The notes: generated from the sequence alone by a model not told the origin. A stretch of 40,076 nucleotides of DNA from a virus (IMGVR_UViG_3300045457_000281:1-40076), one strand, 5' to 3'; positions 1 to 8,876 are shown, counted from the first letter of the stretch. A program made the numbers and translations.

Positions 1-21
1 GATGTTAGGAGGGGGCGGGGG
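1..21. repeat. 21-bp terminal direct repeat (left copy), circularisation overlap
   Basis: GATGTTAGGAGGGGGCGGGGG at 1-21 is identical to 40056-40076. Confidence 0.95.
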
Positions 22-1585
22 AGCCGGTGGGGTTATTTATAACTCAAGCTTTAGCCCTTCAGTTCAAAGTTATACTGTCACTATCGGTGCCGGGGGAACT
101 CCATCAACTCGTACGCCTGTCACATTTGATTTTGTAGCCGGATCAAACGGCAGCAATTCATCATTTGGATCTTTAATTGCAACGGGTGGCGGTCTTGGTG
201 GAAGCCATCAACAATCTAACGGGGCCTCGGGTGGTTCTGGTGGGGGTGGCCAGTCAAGTGGCTCAGCTTCTACTGGCGGCGCTGGCACATCTGGTCAGGG
301 TAATTCCGGTGGGAATGCTACTGGAACAGATCCAAACTACGGCGGCGGCGGCGGGGGTGGCTATGCAACCGCAGGCGTCGAGGGTGGAAGTGCTGGCGGT
401 GGTAATGGTGGGGCTGGATTTACGACTTCATTGCGTGGTTCTAGCGAAACTTTTGCGGCTGGTGGCGGCGGGGGTACTCAAGGGGGGGTTTTAACTCGGG
501 GAATTGGTGGACATTCTTCCGCTGGAAATGGTGGCTACAATTCTGCGGGTCAATCCACGGGGGGAGACGCTGCCGTTAATAGTGGCTCTGGTGGTGGCGG
601 CGGTGGATATATGCCGGGCGAATTGTGGAACGGTGGGGCCGGCGGTTCAGGCATTGTGATTTTGAAATATCTCACGGCTGGATCAACGCCACCTGCTGAA
701 GAATATATTCAAGCTACTGGTGGAACAATCACCCAAGTGGGTTCTAAAAAAGTCCACAGCTTTACAAGTTCGGGCGATTTTGTTGTCTCAGCGGTGCCCG
801 CAGGAAAAACGATTGATTATATCATCATTGGCGGCGGTGGCGGAGGTGGCGGCAGTAGTGCAGGCGGAGGCGGTGGCGGGGGTGTCATTCAAGGAACTTC
901 CGTGACTCCATCCGTTCAAACTTATCCAATCACTATTGGGGCAGGCGGCAATTTTGGAGCAATCGCTACTGCTGGCTATGGCTATCCGGATCAAGAGGCA
1001 ACAGCAGGTGGCAACTCAACTGGCTTCGGTCAAACCGCTTTAGGTGGGGGCAAAGGTGGAACCTATGCTTTCAACAGTGGAAACGGTGGAAATGGTGCCT
1101 CGGGCGGTGGCGGCGGTTACTCTGGCACCAAAGGATTAGGAACATCTCCTCAAGGAAACAATGGCGGAGATGGTGGTGCAACCAATTACGCAGGTGGTGG
1201 CGGCGGATTTTCTTCCGCTGGAGTGAATTACAACGCTGGCACAAGCAAATCTGGAAATGGTGGCGCTGGTTTTGTCACATCGATGCGAGGAACATCAGAA
1301 GAGTTTGCTTGTGGTGGGGGCGGTGGCACAGCTTTTAAACCTTCTCAAAAAGGTCTTGGTGGCGGTACCTTTAATGGAATCCGCCCCGATAGCGGTCATG
1401 GTTGGGTTGATGAATCGGTTCCTGGAACAGAAGCAGATGAACGCTCTACCTTAAGAGCGATTGGAACTTCGGGCGCACCAAACTCCGGTCACGGAGGCGG
1501 TGGGGCTGGCGGTTACTACACAAATGGTTATGGCGGAACGGGAGGCTCAGGCATCGTAATTATTAGTTACGACAGCCCAGCATAA
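2..1585 (+). CDS. C-terminal 527 aa of a ~731-aa glycine-rich virion fibre/decoration protein that starts at 39445 across the circular join
   Basis: ATG at 2 corresponds to 40057, in frame with ATG 39445; GGGGG-rich modules ending GGxGGSGIV(I/V)I; second module begins PAEEYIQATGG like PAEEYIEATGG in the 39445 part. Confidence 0.8.
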   Translation: MLGGGGGAGGVIYNSSFSPSVQSYTVTIGAGGTPSTRTPVTFDFVAGSNGSNSSFGSLIATGGGLGGSHQQSNGASGGSGGGGQSSGSASTGGAGTSGQGNSGGNATGTDPNYGGGGGGGYATAGVEGGSAGGGNGGAGFTTSLRGSSETFAAGGGGGTQGGVLTRGIGGHSSAGNGGYNSAGQSTGGDAAVNSGSGGGGGGYMPGELWNGGAGGSGIVILKYLTAGSTPPAEEYIQATGGTITQVGSKKVHSFTSSGDFVVSAVPAGKTIDYIIIGGGGGGGGSSAGGGGGGGVIQGTSVTPSVQTYPITIGAGGNFGAIATAGYGYPDQEATAGGNSTGFGQTALGGGKGGTYAFNSGNGGNGASGGGGGYSGTKGLGTSPQGNNGGDGGATNYAGGGGGFSSAGVNYNAGTSKSGNGGAGFVTSMRGTSEEFACGGGGGTAFKPSQKGLGGGTFNGIRPDSGHGWVDESVPGTEADERSTLRAIGTSGAPNSGHGGGGAGGYYTNGYGGTGGSGIVIISYDSPA

Positions 1586-1589
1586 GTTT

Positions 1590-1874
1590 ATGGGATACTA
1601 CGCTAAAGTTGAAAACAATGGATTAGTTTCAAACGTGATTGTTGCTGACTTTGATTTCATTCAAACACAACCCGGCAAATGGGTTGAAACTTGGATGAAT
1701 GGAGGCCAGCGAAAAAACTACGCAGGCATTGGGTACACTTACAATCAGCAACTTGATGCTTTTATTCCACCACATCCCAGCATTGCAGATCCTACGTCTG
1801 GAAAGACCTATGTCTTTGATGCTGAAAAATGCGTGTGGGTTGATACAACGCCGCCGGGAGATCCTGAAGAATGA
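1590..1874 (+). CDS. Small conserved phage protein that typically accompanies Gly-rich fibre genes
   Basis: YAKVENN..VSNVIVA...RKNYAGIGYTY...DAFIPP pattern; directly follows the Gly-rich gene. Confidence 0.65.
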   Translation: MGYYAKVENNGLVSNVIVADFDFIQTQPGKWVETWMNGGQRKNYAGIGYTYNQQLDAFIPPHPSIADPTSGKTYVFDAEKCVWVDTTPPGDPEE

Positions 1875-2038
1875 AAAAGAACGAACTTGATTTAGAAATG
1901 ATTAAAGCAAAAGCAGAAGCTTTCGATTTGTCCCGTGAGCTTAATAGACTGCGCAACCGATTTGAGATTGTGCAAAAAAAACTTAATGAGCTGACGCAAC
2001 AAATTGATGACGCTGAAGTTAACAAGGGGAATACATGA
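1871..2038 (+). CDS. 55-aa coiled-coil hypothetical protein (not in ORF track)
   Basis: MKKNELDLEMIKAKAEAFDLSRELNRLRNRFEIVQKKLNELTQQIDDAEVNKGNT; ATGA overlaps with both neighbours. Confidence 0.7.
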   Translation: MKKNELDLEMIKAKAEAFDLSRELNRLRNRFEIVQKKLNELTQQIDDAEVNKGNT

Positions 2039-4677
2039 GCAAGACTACAGTCACACATAAAGATGTCGAAATTCTTGATTTGCCTACACCGGCAAATTTT
2101 ACCGTGGGCAGCAAACTCATTTCTGAGTATGTCGCAGCGATGGATTCAGCGTTGGGGGGAAGCAGTGCTAAGTATGTTAAAGAGGCTCTTAAAATCCAAC
2201 TGGATGCTCCAAGCACTCCGGTTATTCTTCCTGGGGCTAGCCATACTTATTCTATTAACCTTGGCGTTGCTTATGAGCATTTAGCAATCTGCAACTTTGA
2301 ATGGGTTCAGCCTGCTTTAAATGAGCAATCACCTAATGTGGTAGTTGGCTCAGCGTCATTTCCTGATAATAAATTTGGTGGCATTTTAATTGTTAACACG
2401 ACTCCTGGTGGTTGGGTTCGGGGATTTAAGCATGAAGAACCTGAATTCATGGATGGAAGCTCGACTGAAATTTATGCGCCATTTTATGCACGATCATCGG
2501 ATGTTTCGGCTGCGATGGGCTATGGATCTCAACCATTAGAAGTTTCATTGGATCATGCAGTATTGCAAACTAACCCACCAAAGAAACTGCAAATTCAAGA
2601 CGCCTATCTTGAAGGCACGAATCTAAAAATTACGATTAAAAACGTTGATTCAGTAGCATTAGATTTGTCGGCTTATGTTGGATTAACGGCTTTGATTGAT
2701 GGAAACAAACCATCACAAATGGGAGCTGTAGCAGAGAACGGAACTATTGTTTATACGCACAGCGATGCGCCACCGACACCAGTTACGTTGAGAATTTCAG
2801 AAGACGCTGGAGCAACCTTTCAATCAAAGGTTGTTCCTAGCCAATATCCATTTCTGGCTGGAATTGCTGCCACATCAAACTCTATGAACACCTTCATTGG
2901 TATGATCAACTATGAGTACATTAGAACGGCTCAAAGCCCTGATTATACAATCACCGACAAATTTCCGATTCAATCAACTCTTGGAAATCAAATTACATTT
3001 TCATTGGGAGGAAATCTTCGAGGCGTTCCAAATCATGGCGACAAAGTGTTTGATTGGAAAAAAACAGATACTGAATCGACCGCCTTGTTTTCGGCCTTCC
3101 TTAATTACAATGACATTGTTGTTTATAAGTCAGTTGATGATTGTTTGAATTTTGGAGCCAACAGCCCAAGCTTTGATGATGCACTTCCTATTTTGAAAGC
3201 GTCCGAAGACATTGCAGATTTTCAAAGAGCTTCTGCTACTGAAGGCGCACCCAACAGCAATTCACCATTTCATAATTTGGTGAAGGCTCAAGTAAAAGTC
3301 ATTGATTCAAATACTCATTATTTGAACATGACTTATTTGTCTAAGGTTGAACCATTGAACACTGGTCAACCGGTCAAAGAAAATTATTTTGGAGCACAGA
3401 CCATTGTTGGAAATGATGGCATTGATTATCAGATTCGTTCTGATGAAGCTGCTTTGAATTTGCAAAGCTATGTTGGAGTTCCAGCATTTGGCTTTTTCAA
3501 TGTTTCAAATTCTACAGTAGGAAATGATGGACCACGAGCCACAGTCGGAAATGTGATAACGGGATCAGTCAATCCTCTTTTCATGGGACCTGGCACTTGG
3601 GGCACAGAGGCCATTGTCACAGACGCAAATCAAATCATTGTTGATGCTGCTGATTGGGCAGCGTTGCCGGAAACCCCGCTTATTGGAGATCATTTTCAAG
3701 TCAGCGGAATCAATGTGTTCCAGCCGACGCTGTATCAAGTTCAAGATGCAACGATCACAATTTACGGTCTCACCAATCATCCAGTAAAAATTCTAACCTT
3801 CCGCAGCAACACTTATCAGACAGGTGGACATCAGTCGGTTAGTCAGCCAATTCCCACTTATGATGGATTGGGATCTCCTATTCCAGAAGTAAGTTGGGCA
3901 CACGTTAAAGCGACAGGTCGTTTAATCTATGTCAACGGTCGATTGCTATCGGTATTTAGATCAATTGCTAATGGAGGCGGCGCACCAGCAACGCTCACTC
4001 CAGAAAGTGATGTAAACACAGCAGTTACATTTGTGGCTGATACAAATTGTATCAAACAAAAACTTTTAAAGACGAGTGATGGTGGTCAGACCTGGACATC
4101 CATTATGGAAGATCCCGAATTTCGATATGGCATTGCGTCTGTCTTTCATGCCAGCAATGACGGTCAAACGTTGTTGCTTGCTTCGATGCGCTATTGGCAG
4201 GGCACTGGCTATGAAAAATGGCCATACCCTTCAACGATGGGCAATGAAGCTCGATTTAATATGTCCACAGATGGCGGCAGTACATGGAAAAACTCGACCG
4301 GCTTATGGGACAAAATCGCTGATAATCTGACACGGGTGACATATTTTGGAACAAGTGAAAGCTTTGCCATCAGAAGAATGACCGGACAGGTTGGTTCAAA
4401 GATTGATAACACAGTTTTGTTTGTTCTTTACAAAGGATTGGATTTGCAAAATCCATACCTTTATCGATCAACTGATAACGGAACAACCTGGCAAGATGGC
4501 GTTCAGCTTTCAAGCCAGCACAGTGGAAATCAATTCCTAAGCTACCATAACGATTCAAAAGATCAGTTCATGGCATTCTGCGGATCGGCTTATATCACTG
4601 CCCCCTATCAATTCGTATTCTATGGGGCCTTGGTTGATAAGTTTACTCAGTGGCCGACTTATGGTGTAACGGCTTAA
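2035..4677 (+). CDS. 880-aa virion-associated protein with BNR/Asp-box repeats (sialidase-like beta-propeller); possible receptor-binding or glycan-binding fibre
   Basis: Asp boxes SEDAGATF, TSDGGQTW, STDGGSTW, STDNGTTW; N-terminus shares a motif with the 37717 protein. Confidence 0.7.
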   Translation: MSKTTVTHKDVEILDLPTPANFTVGSKLISEYVAAMDSALGGSSAKYVKEALKIQLDAPSTPVILPGASHTYSINLGVAYEHLAICNFEWVQPALNEQSPNVVVGSASFPDNKFGGILIVNTTPGGWVRGFKHEEPEFMDGSSTEIYAPFYARSSDVSAAMGYGSQPLEVSLDHAVLQTNPPKKLQIQDAYLEGTNLKITIKNVDSVALDLSAYVGLTALIDGNKPSQMGAVAENGTIVYTHSDAPPTPVTLRISEDAGATFQSKVVPSQYPFLAGIAATSNSMNTFIGMINYEYIRTAQSPDYTITDKFPIQSTLGNQITFSLGGNLRGVPNHGDKVFDWKKTDTESTALFSAFLNYNDIVVYKSVDDCLNFGANSPSFDDALPILKASEDIADFQRASATEGAPNSNSPFHNLVKAQVKVIDSNTHYLNMTYLSKVEPLNTGQPVKENYFGAQTIVGNDGIDYQIRSDEAALNLQSYVGVPAFGFFNVSNSTVGNDGPRATVGNVITGSVNPLFMGPGTWGTEAIVTDANQIIVDAADWAALPETPLIGDHFQVSGINVFQPTLYQVQDATITIYGLTNHPVKILTFRSNTYQTGGHQSVSQPIPTYDGLGSPIPEVSWAHVKATGRLIYVNGRLLSVFRSIANGGGAPATLTPESDVNTAVTFVADTNCIKQKLLKTSDGGQTWTSIMEDPEFRYGIASVFHASNDGQTLLLASMRYWQGTGYEKWPYPSTMGNEARFNMSTDGGSTWKNSTGLWDKIADNLTRVTYFGTSESFAIRRMTGQVGSKIDNTVLFVLYKGLDLQNPYLYRSTDNGTTWQDGVQLSSQHSGNQFLSYHNDSKDQFMAFCGSAYITAPYQFVFYGALVDKFTQWPTYGVTA

Positions 4678-5873
4678 TGAAAATTATTTACCTCGTGAAT
4701 GACTCACCGATTCAGCCCTGTGGGGGACTCGGTGAACGTATGATCAAACTGATTCCCCACCTTGAAAAAGCTGGGATAGAAATCTTTATATACAACGCTG
4801 GAAAAGGCGGGGTGTTATCAAAGACAGTTTGCACGGGGCTTCATGTTGATTGTCCTGCTTACGGCAACCCATATCCATTGATGTATGCCAATTTTATTTT
4901 GGATAATCCGCCACCATTTAAACCAGACATTGTCATAGCGACAGATCATGCGACTGTGCCAGCTGGCAAAGTATTGGCTAAGATGTATGGCAGCAAATTA
5001 GTGACTGAATTTCATTTGGCTTATTACAGCTTAAGGAAAGCTCTTAAAGAAGAGGAGTTGGTTGGTCCGATGAAGTTGGATCAAGCGGCTAGGCTCATTG
5101 AAATTTGGGAAAAGATTGCCATCGAAGAATCTGACTTAATTGTTGGGTGTTCAGATTTTTATGTAAAAGAAATTCCCTGGAAGGCAAAGAAAGCTGTCGC
5201 CATTCAAAATGGAATTGATGCCCACAAATATCAAGGTGAACACAAGCCTTGGAAATTTGAAGGGGGCTTTAAAAAGAATCTGGTTTTTATTGGCCGAATC
5301 AATACCCAAAAAGGTTTAAAGCATCTGATGGATTTTTATGGTTTCATCGATAACTCAGGAAGATCACTTGTCCATCTTCCTAAGAATTATCGACTCGAAC
5401 TGCCTGAGGACACAGCACTTCATTTTGTAGGCGGTCCCGTTGGTGGCGATCAATATGACGCATTGCTTGAGACTGTAAAAAATAATCCTCAAAAGTTTCA
5501 CATTCCTTTTGTACATGGCGATGAAAAGATTCGATTGCTGAAGTCGGCAGATGCCATCTTGTTTCCAAGTATTCATGAGCCGTTTGGAATTGTTGGTCTT
5601 GAGGCGATGGCCGCAGGCGTTCCTTTAATTACGACAAGGGTCAATGGAATCAGTGATTATGCGAATGACGCAAATAGTATTTACTGTGAGGCTTCTGCTT
5701 CATCAATTCGAGCGGCGATTGATCGGCTTTTTGCTATGCCAGAAACCGAAAAAAAGGCCATGCTCGAAGAGGCAAAGAAGACAGCTTTTTTCTTTAACTG
5801 GGAAAGAGTCGCTGAGATAATGGTCAAAGAACTCAATGACCTTATGAATGAACCAAAAAGGAAGATTGCTTGA
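4677..5873 (+). CDS. GT4-family (GT-B fold) glycosyltransferase
   Basis: N-terminal GGLGE; FIGRINTQKG; FPSIHEPFGIVGLEAMAAGVPLI (E-x7-E); start at ATG 4677 coupled (TAATG) to the upstream stop. Confidence 0.9.
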   Translation: MKIIYLVNDSPIQPCGGLGERMIKLIPHLEKAGIEIFIYNAGKGGVLSKTVCTGLHVDCPAYGNPYPLMYANFILDNPPPFKPDIVIATDHATVPAGKVLAKMYGSKLVTEFHLAYYSLRKALKEEELVGPMKLDQAARLIEIWEKIAIEESDLIVGCSDFYVKEIPWKAKKAVAIQNGIDAHKYQGEHKPWKFEGGFKKNLVFIGRINTQKGLKHLMDFYGFIDNSGRSLVHLPKNYRLELPEDTALHFVGGPVGGDQYDALLETVKNNPQKFHIPFVHGDEKIRLLKSADAILFPSIHEPFGIVGLEAMAAGVPLITTRVNGISDYANDANSIYCEASASSIRAAIDRLFAMPETEKKAMLEEAKKTAFFFNWERVAEIMVKELNDLMNEPKRKIA

Positions 5874-6367
5874 AAGCTCAGCTATTGAATGATGAAGCAA
5901 TTACGGCCAGCTTAGCTGAAACTGAAACGATTTCAGCGGTCTTAATTACCGACACAGAGACAGCACTTATGAGCTACGCAGAAAAATCAAAAAGTTTAGT
6001 GATCCAGGCAAAAAATGGTACGGGCAGTGCACAGCCGGCTTATCAATTGTGGTCTTGGTCAGATAATAATCAGGTTGTTTTGGCGGATGCAGATGACATT
6101 ACTTTGTCTGATATTGCCGGAATTAACCTTGATCCGGTAAGCATTGGATCGGTCTTTGAATTAGTTAAATTTGGCCGAGCACAAGGTGTACTTGTAGGCA
6201 AAGGTTGTGTTGCTGGTGAATTGCTTTACTTAAGCGATGTCCCCGGACAAATTAGTAAGATAGCACCGGCTGGTGTCAAAATTATTGTTGGACAGGCTGA
6301 ACCGACAGGCGCATTGGAAACAGGTTCAGCAAATGACTTGTGGGTCGCACCGCAAATTGTGGGGTAA
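5870..6367 (+). CDS. Putative capsid cement/decoration-type beta-domain protein
   Basis: VVLADAD..IAGI...GELLYLSDVPGQI...IIVGQA pattern resembles the C-terminal domain of the 37717 protein. Confidence 0.5.
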   Translation: MKAQLLNDEAITASLAETETISAVLITDTETALMSYAEKSKSLVIQAKNGTGSAQPAYQLWSWSDNNQVVLADADDITLSDIAGINLDPVSIGSVFELVKFGRAQGVLVGKGCVAGELLYLSDVPGQISKIAPAGVKIIVGQAEPTGALETGSANDLWVAPQIVG

Positions 6368-6370
6368 AAA

Positions 6371-6748
6371 ATGAATACAGTGACAATTTTTGATGAAAGA
6401 ACCCAGATTGTTCAGGGTCAAAAAAAGCAAATTGTTATTAAGATGCTCGATGACAATAATCAATTATTGGATCTTAGTACTGTAGTCTCTGTTCAAGCCA
6501 AATTTACCAATAAATTGTTTCAGGAATTAGAAAAAAGTACCAATGATGCGACTAATCCAATTTTGGTCGATGTCTCGCTTGGCCTGATTAAAGTTATTTT
6601 ATCATCAAGCGAAACCCTGAATTTGAAAGTCGCAAAGTCACAAAGTTGGTGGTTGAAAATTGTCTTCCCAGATCCGGTCGGATCTCTTGTTTTCAAATAT
6701 GAAAACGCTCTTGACGTGATTGATGCGCCAGCTTTTAGCGCAATTTAA
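6371..6748 (+). CDS. Hypothetical structural protein (BppU N-terminal-like Ig fold possible)
   Basis: IVQGQKKQIVI...LDLS...G.IKVILSSSET pattern; end of the fibre cluster. Confidence 0.5.
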   Translation: MNTVTIFDERTQIVQGQKKQIVIKMLDDNNQLLDLSTVVSVQAKFTNKLFQELEKSTNDATNPILVDVSLGLIKVILSSSETLNLKVAKSQSWWLKIVFPDPVGSLVFKYENALDVIDAPAFSAI

Positions 6749-6759
6749 GACGCAAAAAG

Positions 6760-6795
6760 TTTTTCCCATTTTTCCCATTTTTCCCGTTTTTCCAA
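6760..6795. repeat. Four tandem 9-bp repeats (TTTTTCCCA x2, TTTTTCCCG, TTTTTCCAA)
   Basis: Read directly in the intergenic gap between convergent genes. Confidence 0.85.
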
Positions 6796-6838
6796 TAGTA
6801 TATAGGGGGGGCCTGTGGCCCTTATTGAGGAGTCATGT

Positions 6839-7078
6839 TTACGACTTCTTAAATTTTTCAAGGGCATTCAAAAGCACGTCCTTGGTTTCGGCTGTGCAAA
6901 GTTTGTCGCCGCGCTCAACGTGGTGCCAATAGTTCGCAGAAATCCCCGTCATGGCTGACAGTTCACGCAGGCTTAAACCCAAGCGGTCTCTTGCCTGTTT
7001 TAGACCCGTCCCGCGGTATCTGACCTTAGTCAGTGTTTCCGGAATAAAAATGTGATCTTTTTTAGTTGACGACATCAC
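6839..7078 (-). CDS. XRE/Cro-CI-family HTH transcriptional regulator
   Basis: LKQARDRLGLSLRELSAMTGISANYWHHVERG is an HTH_3 signature; divergent from the early operon. Confidence 0.85.
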   Translation of the reverse strand: MMSSTKKDHIFIPETLTKVRYRGTGLKQARDRLGLSLRELSAMTGISANYWHHVERGDKLCTAETKDVLLNALEKFKKS

Positions 7079-7113
7079 CCAAACAAGTTAACACTAGACC
7101 CATGAAAGGACAA
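7066..7113. promoter_or_regulatory. Overlapping divergent sigma70-like promoters
   Basis: Leftward TTGTCC(7113-7108)-17-TAACTT(7090-7085) with extended TG; rightward TTGACG(7066-7071)-17-TAACAC(7089-7094), a weaker -10. Confidence 0.5.
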
Positions 7114-7116
7114 GCT

Positions 7117-7527
7117 ATGAATAAAACTAATAATCAAGTCTTAACCAACGCCGTTCGCGTTCAGCTTCAAATTGAGTCTGATGAAGAATTTCGTGAAACT
7201 CTTGCGCAGGTATTGCGTCACGGGGTCGATTGCGGCTGGACAGGGTTTATTTACTACACCGAGACAGAACAATTTTTTGATACTTACCGCAAAGAAATTT
7301 TAGAAGCTTTTTTTGAAACCTTGAAAATGAACGAGCAAAGTTTGCTCGGATACCTTACAACGCACGTGAAAGGCTTGCCTTGGTTTGTAAACGAATCTGA
7401 TTTTCTAAGAGTCATTACTAAATCCGATGGCGTCGAGCCCGACGTCGAAATGACTGTCAAAAGCTACCTGGCATGGTTTGCGCTAGAATTTATCGCTCAT
7501 CAGGTCACATTTGTGGAGGCCGCATGA
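7117..7527 (+). CDS. Acidic early phage protein with HG.D.GW.GFIYY.ET..FF motif; function unknown
   Basis: RBS AAGGA before ATG 7117; first gene of the rightward early operon. Confidence 0.7.
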   Translation: MNKTNNQVLTNAVRVQLQIESDEEFRETLAQVLRHGVDCGWTGFIYYTETEQFFDTYRKEILEAFFETLKMNEQSLLGYLTTHVKGLPWFVNESDFLRVITKSDGVEPDVEMTVKSYLAWFALEFIAHQVTFVEAA

Positions 7528-7802
7528 AAGAAATGGGTTTTACGATTCTTGAAGTGGATGAACACAGCGCGGAACTTGAACGAAATCTCAAACGTCTCAA
7601 GTTTAGCAAAATGAAAACAAATAAATTTTATCAGCCAATCACAAGGGATCATTACGAGGATTTGGTGCAACAGGTTAAGGCAATTAGACTGAAAAACGCG
7701 CACGGAATAAAAAAACGGTATGTCATAAACATGAATTTTTTGCCGCATGACTATTGGTCCGCCGCAAAAGAGTTTTGTTTATGGGAAAATGAAAAAAAAT
7801 AA
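7524..7802 (+). CDS. Hypothetical protein (92 aa)
   Basis: GGAGG RBS and ATGA overlap with the upstream stop. Confidence 0.65.
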   Translation: MKEMGFTILEVDEHSAELERNLKRLKFSKMKTNKFYQPITRDHYEDLVQQVKAIRLKNAHGIKKRYVINMNFLPHDYWSAAKEFCLWENEKK

Positions 7803-7875
7803 CAATATACTAACCAACGCCGTTCGCCTTCAGACTGATATTGAGTGTGACGTTGTGGATAGCGCTTTGGAATAA
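7789..7875 (+). pseudogene. 28-aa ORF, truncated paralogue of the N-terminus of the 7117 gene
   Basis: MKKNNNILTNAVRLQTDIECD vs MNKTNNQVLTNAVRVQLQIESD; TAACCAACGCCGTTCGC identical at 7142-7158 and 7811-7827. Confidence 0.55.
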
Positions 7876-7882
7876 CTTAACA

Positions 7883-8068
7883 ATGAATCTTCGTCTAAAT
7901 CTGTCTGATTTAAGTCCTAAGACAAAAGGCACGGCGTCAATTTCTGTGGTTGACGGACAGGTCACAGACTGGCAATTTAATGTTGAAAATCAAAAAACAA
8001 TTGATCTTATGAAAGGACCAAAACATGAACGAAGTCGTAGGGCTAGTGCCCGTAGTACAAACCAATAA
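7883..8068 (+). CDS. Hypothetical protein (61 aa)
   Basis: ATG 7883 in the 7841 frame, fills the gap in the early operon. Confidence 0.5.
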   Translation: MNLRLNLSDLSPKTKGTASISVVDGQVTDWQFNVENQKTIDLMKGPKHERSRRASARSTNQ

Positions 8069-8876
8069 CAACAATAATGCTATTGTCAGACCTGCCGTCA
8101 ATGTCGAGCAGGCCTTGGCCGCTTGGAAAGATTATCAAGAGTTAGTGTCTAATGTTCTTGATCAAAATGATTTGCAAAAAATTCAGGGCAAAGATTTTAA
8201 GAAAAAAAGCGCCTGGAGAAAGCTGGCAACATTTTTCAATCTGACCGTCGAAGAATTAAAGTGTGAGCGTTTTGACGAGGAAGACGGTTCATTTAGCTTT
8301 GACGTGGTTTGCAAAGCCATTGCCCCTAATGGGCGGTCAGTGATTGGTGACGGCTCGGCAAATTCCCGCGAAAAAAACAAAGAGGGTGACTTTGAAAATG
8401 ACAGCCGCCACAACGTGCGATCAACTGCATTTACGCGGGCATTTAATCGGGCCGTGTCTAATTTGATTGGTGGTGGCGAAGTGTCAGCCGAGGAAGCGGA
8501 TCAAACTAGGTCGTCTTATACGCGGGAACAAAGCTACACAAAGCCCATTACCATCAATTCCAGTAATGATAAAGTTGGGCCGGGATACACGATCAAATTT
8601 GGCAAATACAAGACCAAAAGACTGTCAGAGATCCCATCAGCGGCCTTGATGGGTTATGCCGAGTGGTGCACTCGAAACATCAAAGATCAGCGGTCCAATG
8701 CTTATCTCGAAGCGGTCGAGCTTATGCAGTATTTTATGAAGGAAGAACCTAAGACCGCAGCGCCAGCAGCAGCACAAGAAGCTTTTTTGAGTGGCCCCAT
8801 ACAAAAAACGCAAGATTTACGAGATAGCCAAATGCAGTTTGCAAAAGAGCTATCAGAAGAAGACATCCCATTCTAA
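8025..8876 (+). CDS. Putative single-strand annealing/recombination protein with C-terminal FGKYK domain and SSB-like acidic tail
   Basis: KKSAWRKLA..FNL; STAFTRAFNRAVSNLIGGGEVSAEE; IKFGKYKTKRLSEIP..YAEW; C-terminal EEDIPF; RBS AAGGA. Confidence 0.6.
   Translation: MNEVVGLVPVVQTNNNNNAIVRPAVNVEQALAAWKDYQELVSNVLDQNDLQKIQGKDFKKKSAWRKLATFFNLTVEELKCERFDEEDGSFSFDVVCKAIAPNGRSVIGDGSANSREKNKEGDFENDSRHNVRSTAFTRAFNRAVSNLIGGGEVSAEEADQTRSSYTREQSYTKPITINSSNDKVGPGYTIKFGKYKTKRLSEIPSAALMGYAEWCTRNIKDQRSNAYLEAVELMQYFMKEEPKTAAPAAAQEAFLSGPIQKTQDLRDSQMQFAKELSEEDIPF

Noticed and set aside
1-21. Terminal repeat as a biological DTR or att site
   Set aside because: It is 21 nt, lies in the middle of a coding sequence and matches a typical assembler k-mer overlap; it indicates circularity only.
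6720-6932. 70-aa ORF with FPIFPIFPVFPI
   Set aside because: It is a translation of the 9-bp DNA repeat and overlaps the HTH gene on the opposite strand.
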